Origin: Squalus acanthias
Taxonomy: Eukaryota
Length of the DNA stretch: 64,000 nucleotides
NCBI GenBank assembly: GCA_030390025.1
Contig: CM059444.1
Span: forward strand, 35,712,001 to 35,776,000
Direction: 5' to 3'
Part shown: positions 63,304 to 64,000 of the stretch, piece by piece
Numbering within the stretch: position 1 is the stretch's first letter
Layout: every line of letters starts with the position of its first letter
Translations under genes and position numbers: made by a program
The notes under the pieces: model-generated
What the model was told of the DNA's origin: nothing
The model's database searches: none
Seen by the model: the letters and a program-made list of their open reading frames with translations, nothing else

Positions 63304-64000
63304 TAAAATAACCTGCAAGAGGAAAGATTTCCTTTAAGTGCCAGTTTTCAAAAACTGAACAAGGCTACACCATACACAATGTGGCATTACCTACAGACAG
63401 ATAATGTACATTGTCCAGCTGGGTTGTCAAGGACAAAAATCAGAAGTTTAAGAATCACAATCAGATGAAGCTTGAACCTCCTACTCCCTCCCAGGGATTT
63501 ATTATTCCTTCAATATTGTATAAATGGCTGGATGTGTCCATTTTTTGAAATGGACAAGGAGATGGTCAAAAGGGCACCAATAGTAGTGATTTTCCCAGTT
63601 CACTGCTTGCTTATTGGTCAGTGATCACAACCACTGTCTAACTCATTGACTGCTAGTAAGCACAGGACTAATCCCACAACTACCTAAACAGGCACAGAAG
63701 CATTAAGTATTTGGCAGGGAATCAGCAGGTTTCAACTCGTACAGTAAAGGCATCTCTGGGTAACCCCCAACTTTTATTTACTTTGAATTCTGCGATTGGG
63801 CCATTGGACAGTGCAACTGAAAAAAATCTCATCACTGGTCTGTAGTAGCTGCTATGAGTCAGTCTAGTAACTACATAACCATAAGGAACCACAACACCAT
63901 GACAGAGCAAAAGGAGTTTTGCTCAAAAAAGGGACACCAATTTTATTACAGGTAATGCAGGCAATTTTTTTGTAAATGGCACTTCAGCACAGAACTACAG

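Larger units (their letters stand above)
30049..64000 (-). other. FLNB: FLNB intron 1 (partial, >33.9 kb)
   Basis: No filamin exon-1 sequence (WKKIQQNTFTRW type) or other recognisable host exon found; repeat-rich. Confidence 0.85.

Noticed and set aside
30049-64000. FLNB exon 1, promoter CpG island or a nested host gene
   Set aside because: No CH1 N-terminal coding sequence or non-repeat CpG island seen; the remaining short ORFs lack recognisable homology or exon structure

Overview
Vertebrate genomic DNA, most likely from a shark or other cartilaginous fish (inferred from HE1/V-SINE, DeuSINE, CR1, L2 and Penelope repeat content). The whole window lies inside one minus-strand gene, filamin B (FLNB). 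I mapped 24 constitutive coding exons (orthologous to human exons 2-25, 30048 down to 1063, all GT-AG), encoding the end of CH1, all of CH2 and Ig repeats 1 to about 13. There is also a 93-nt cassette exon at 626-718 that the ORF track misses. Bases 30049-64000 are part of a >34 kb first intron; exon 1 lies outside the window. Main observations: (1) exon 20 is one base short, giving a frameshift and early stop (assembly error or true null allele); (2) the 31-aa WRSPLK..FFKG cassette exon appears conserved from shark to human and has flanking RBFOX/QKI motifs; (3) an inverted LINE-tail/SINE-tail pair brackets exon 3; (4) a Penelope-type minimal hammerhead ribozyme motif sits in sense orientation in intron 1; (5) several MITE families are present, one with a promoter-like, splice-donor-rich, multi-hairpin cassette. 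I found no evidence of a novel multi-gene system. Comparisons with human FLNB and repeat family names come from recalled knowledge, not database searches, and repeat boundaries are approximate.
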